This document shows positions 63,604 to 64,000 of a DNA stretch of 64,000 bases, piece by piece. Source of the DNA: a virus; IMG/VR virus record IMGVR_UViG_3300046777_001673, positions 7,570 to 71,569 of that record. One strand, written 5' to 3'. The stretch's first letter is position 1; each line of letters opens with the position of its first letter. The position numbers were made by a program, and so were the translations under genes. Below the pieces are notes generated by a model that saw only the letters and a program-made list of their open reading frames with translations, was not told the DNA's origin and made no database searches.

Positions 63604-64000
63604 AATGACTTCAGAGGTACTCCAGTTTTGTTACAGTTATCTAAAAAATATTCCTCAACATGATGCACATACTTATCGTTTGGATCATTGGATAAGATTT
63701 CATCAACTCTAGGATCATTCCAAGCAATAGGAATACCAACATCCAAACTTTTTAGATAGTCTTGTTTATAGAGATACAACAACTCATAACTTAGGAAGAT
63801 TGGATTAACAAATTCTGGAAGTTGTTTCATGAACAAAGGAAGAGTACTCTCACCTCTCAAACGATTCTGTTGATGTCTAAGAATGTTTTGATCTCTACCA
63901 ATTACCAATACTTGTGTCTTAATACCAAGTTTTTCTACCTCATTGACAAATGACATAATGTTTGGTTCCCACTTCTTCTCTTGAATACCAAGGGGAACAC
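63600..64000 (-). CDS. Paralogous sulfotransferase-like protein (5' end outside window)
   Basis: IGRDQNI...QQ.R.RG..T, SYE, D.N.KY shared with 62956..63603. Confidence 0.55.
   Translation of the reverse strand, partial: VPLGIQEKKWEPNIMSFVNEVEKLGIKTQVLVIGRDQNILRHQQNRLRGESTLPLFMKQLPEFVNPIFLSYELLYLYKQDYLKSLDVGIPIAWNDPRVDEILSNDPNDKYVHHVEEYFLDNCNKTGVPLKSL

Noticed and set aside
50284-64000. Saxitoxin or streptomycin biosynthesis
   Set aside because: Enzyme classes overlap, but scaffold-forming genes (SxtA-like PKS, inositol pathway genes) are not visible in the window.
1-64000. Stop-codon reassignment or a diversity-generating retroelement
   Set aside because: Core genes are full length in the standard code, and I saw no reverse transcriptase or adenine-specific template/variable repeat pair.

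Overview
This 64 kb AT-rich window comes from a T4-like cyanomyovirus genome, probably infecting a picocyanobacterium, and it is almost entirely coded on the minus strand. The order is: (1) an early-type region of small hypothetical genes with repeated GACACTT-N6-CTG promoter cassettes (1-7100); (2) a 2188-aa tail fibre with an S74 chaperone; (3) a Mom-like DNA-modification gene, 2OG oxygenases, tRNA-Thr, cpeT-like lyase and tRNA-Leu; (4) the baseplate block (gp5, cp12, gp51, gp26, gp4, gp2, gp48, an expanded gp53); (5) gp32, gp59, gp33, exonuclease, phoH and thyX; and (6) a large accessory region with speD, glutaredoxin, an HNH nuclease and a sugar-tailoring enzyme cluster (carbamoyltransferase, amidinotransferase, DegT-type aminotransferase, three GT25s, dioxygenases, two radical SAM/SPASM proteins, sulfotransferase-like proteins). 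The most striking element is at 40907-41815. An NtcA box and promoter sit upstream of two abutting glnA-class glutamine riboswitch aptamers. The P2 loop of each aptamer is expanded to hold a small protein-coding ORF whose ATG lies inside the P2 stem. A DUF4278 (YRG) peptide, two further microproteins and a terminator follow. A stand-alone ~75-nt sRNA candidate lies at 14025-14098. All family calls come from reading motifs by eye; no database search was run.
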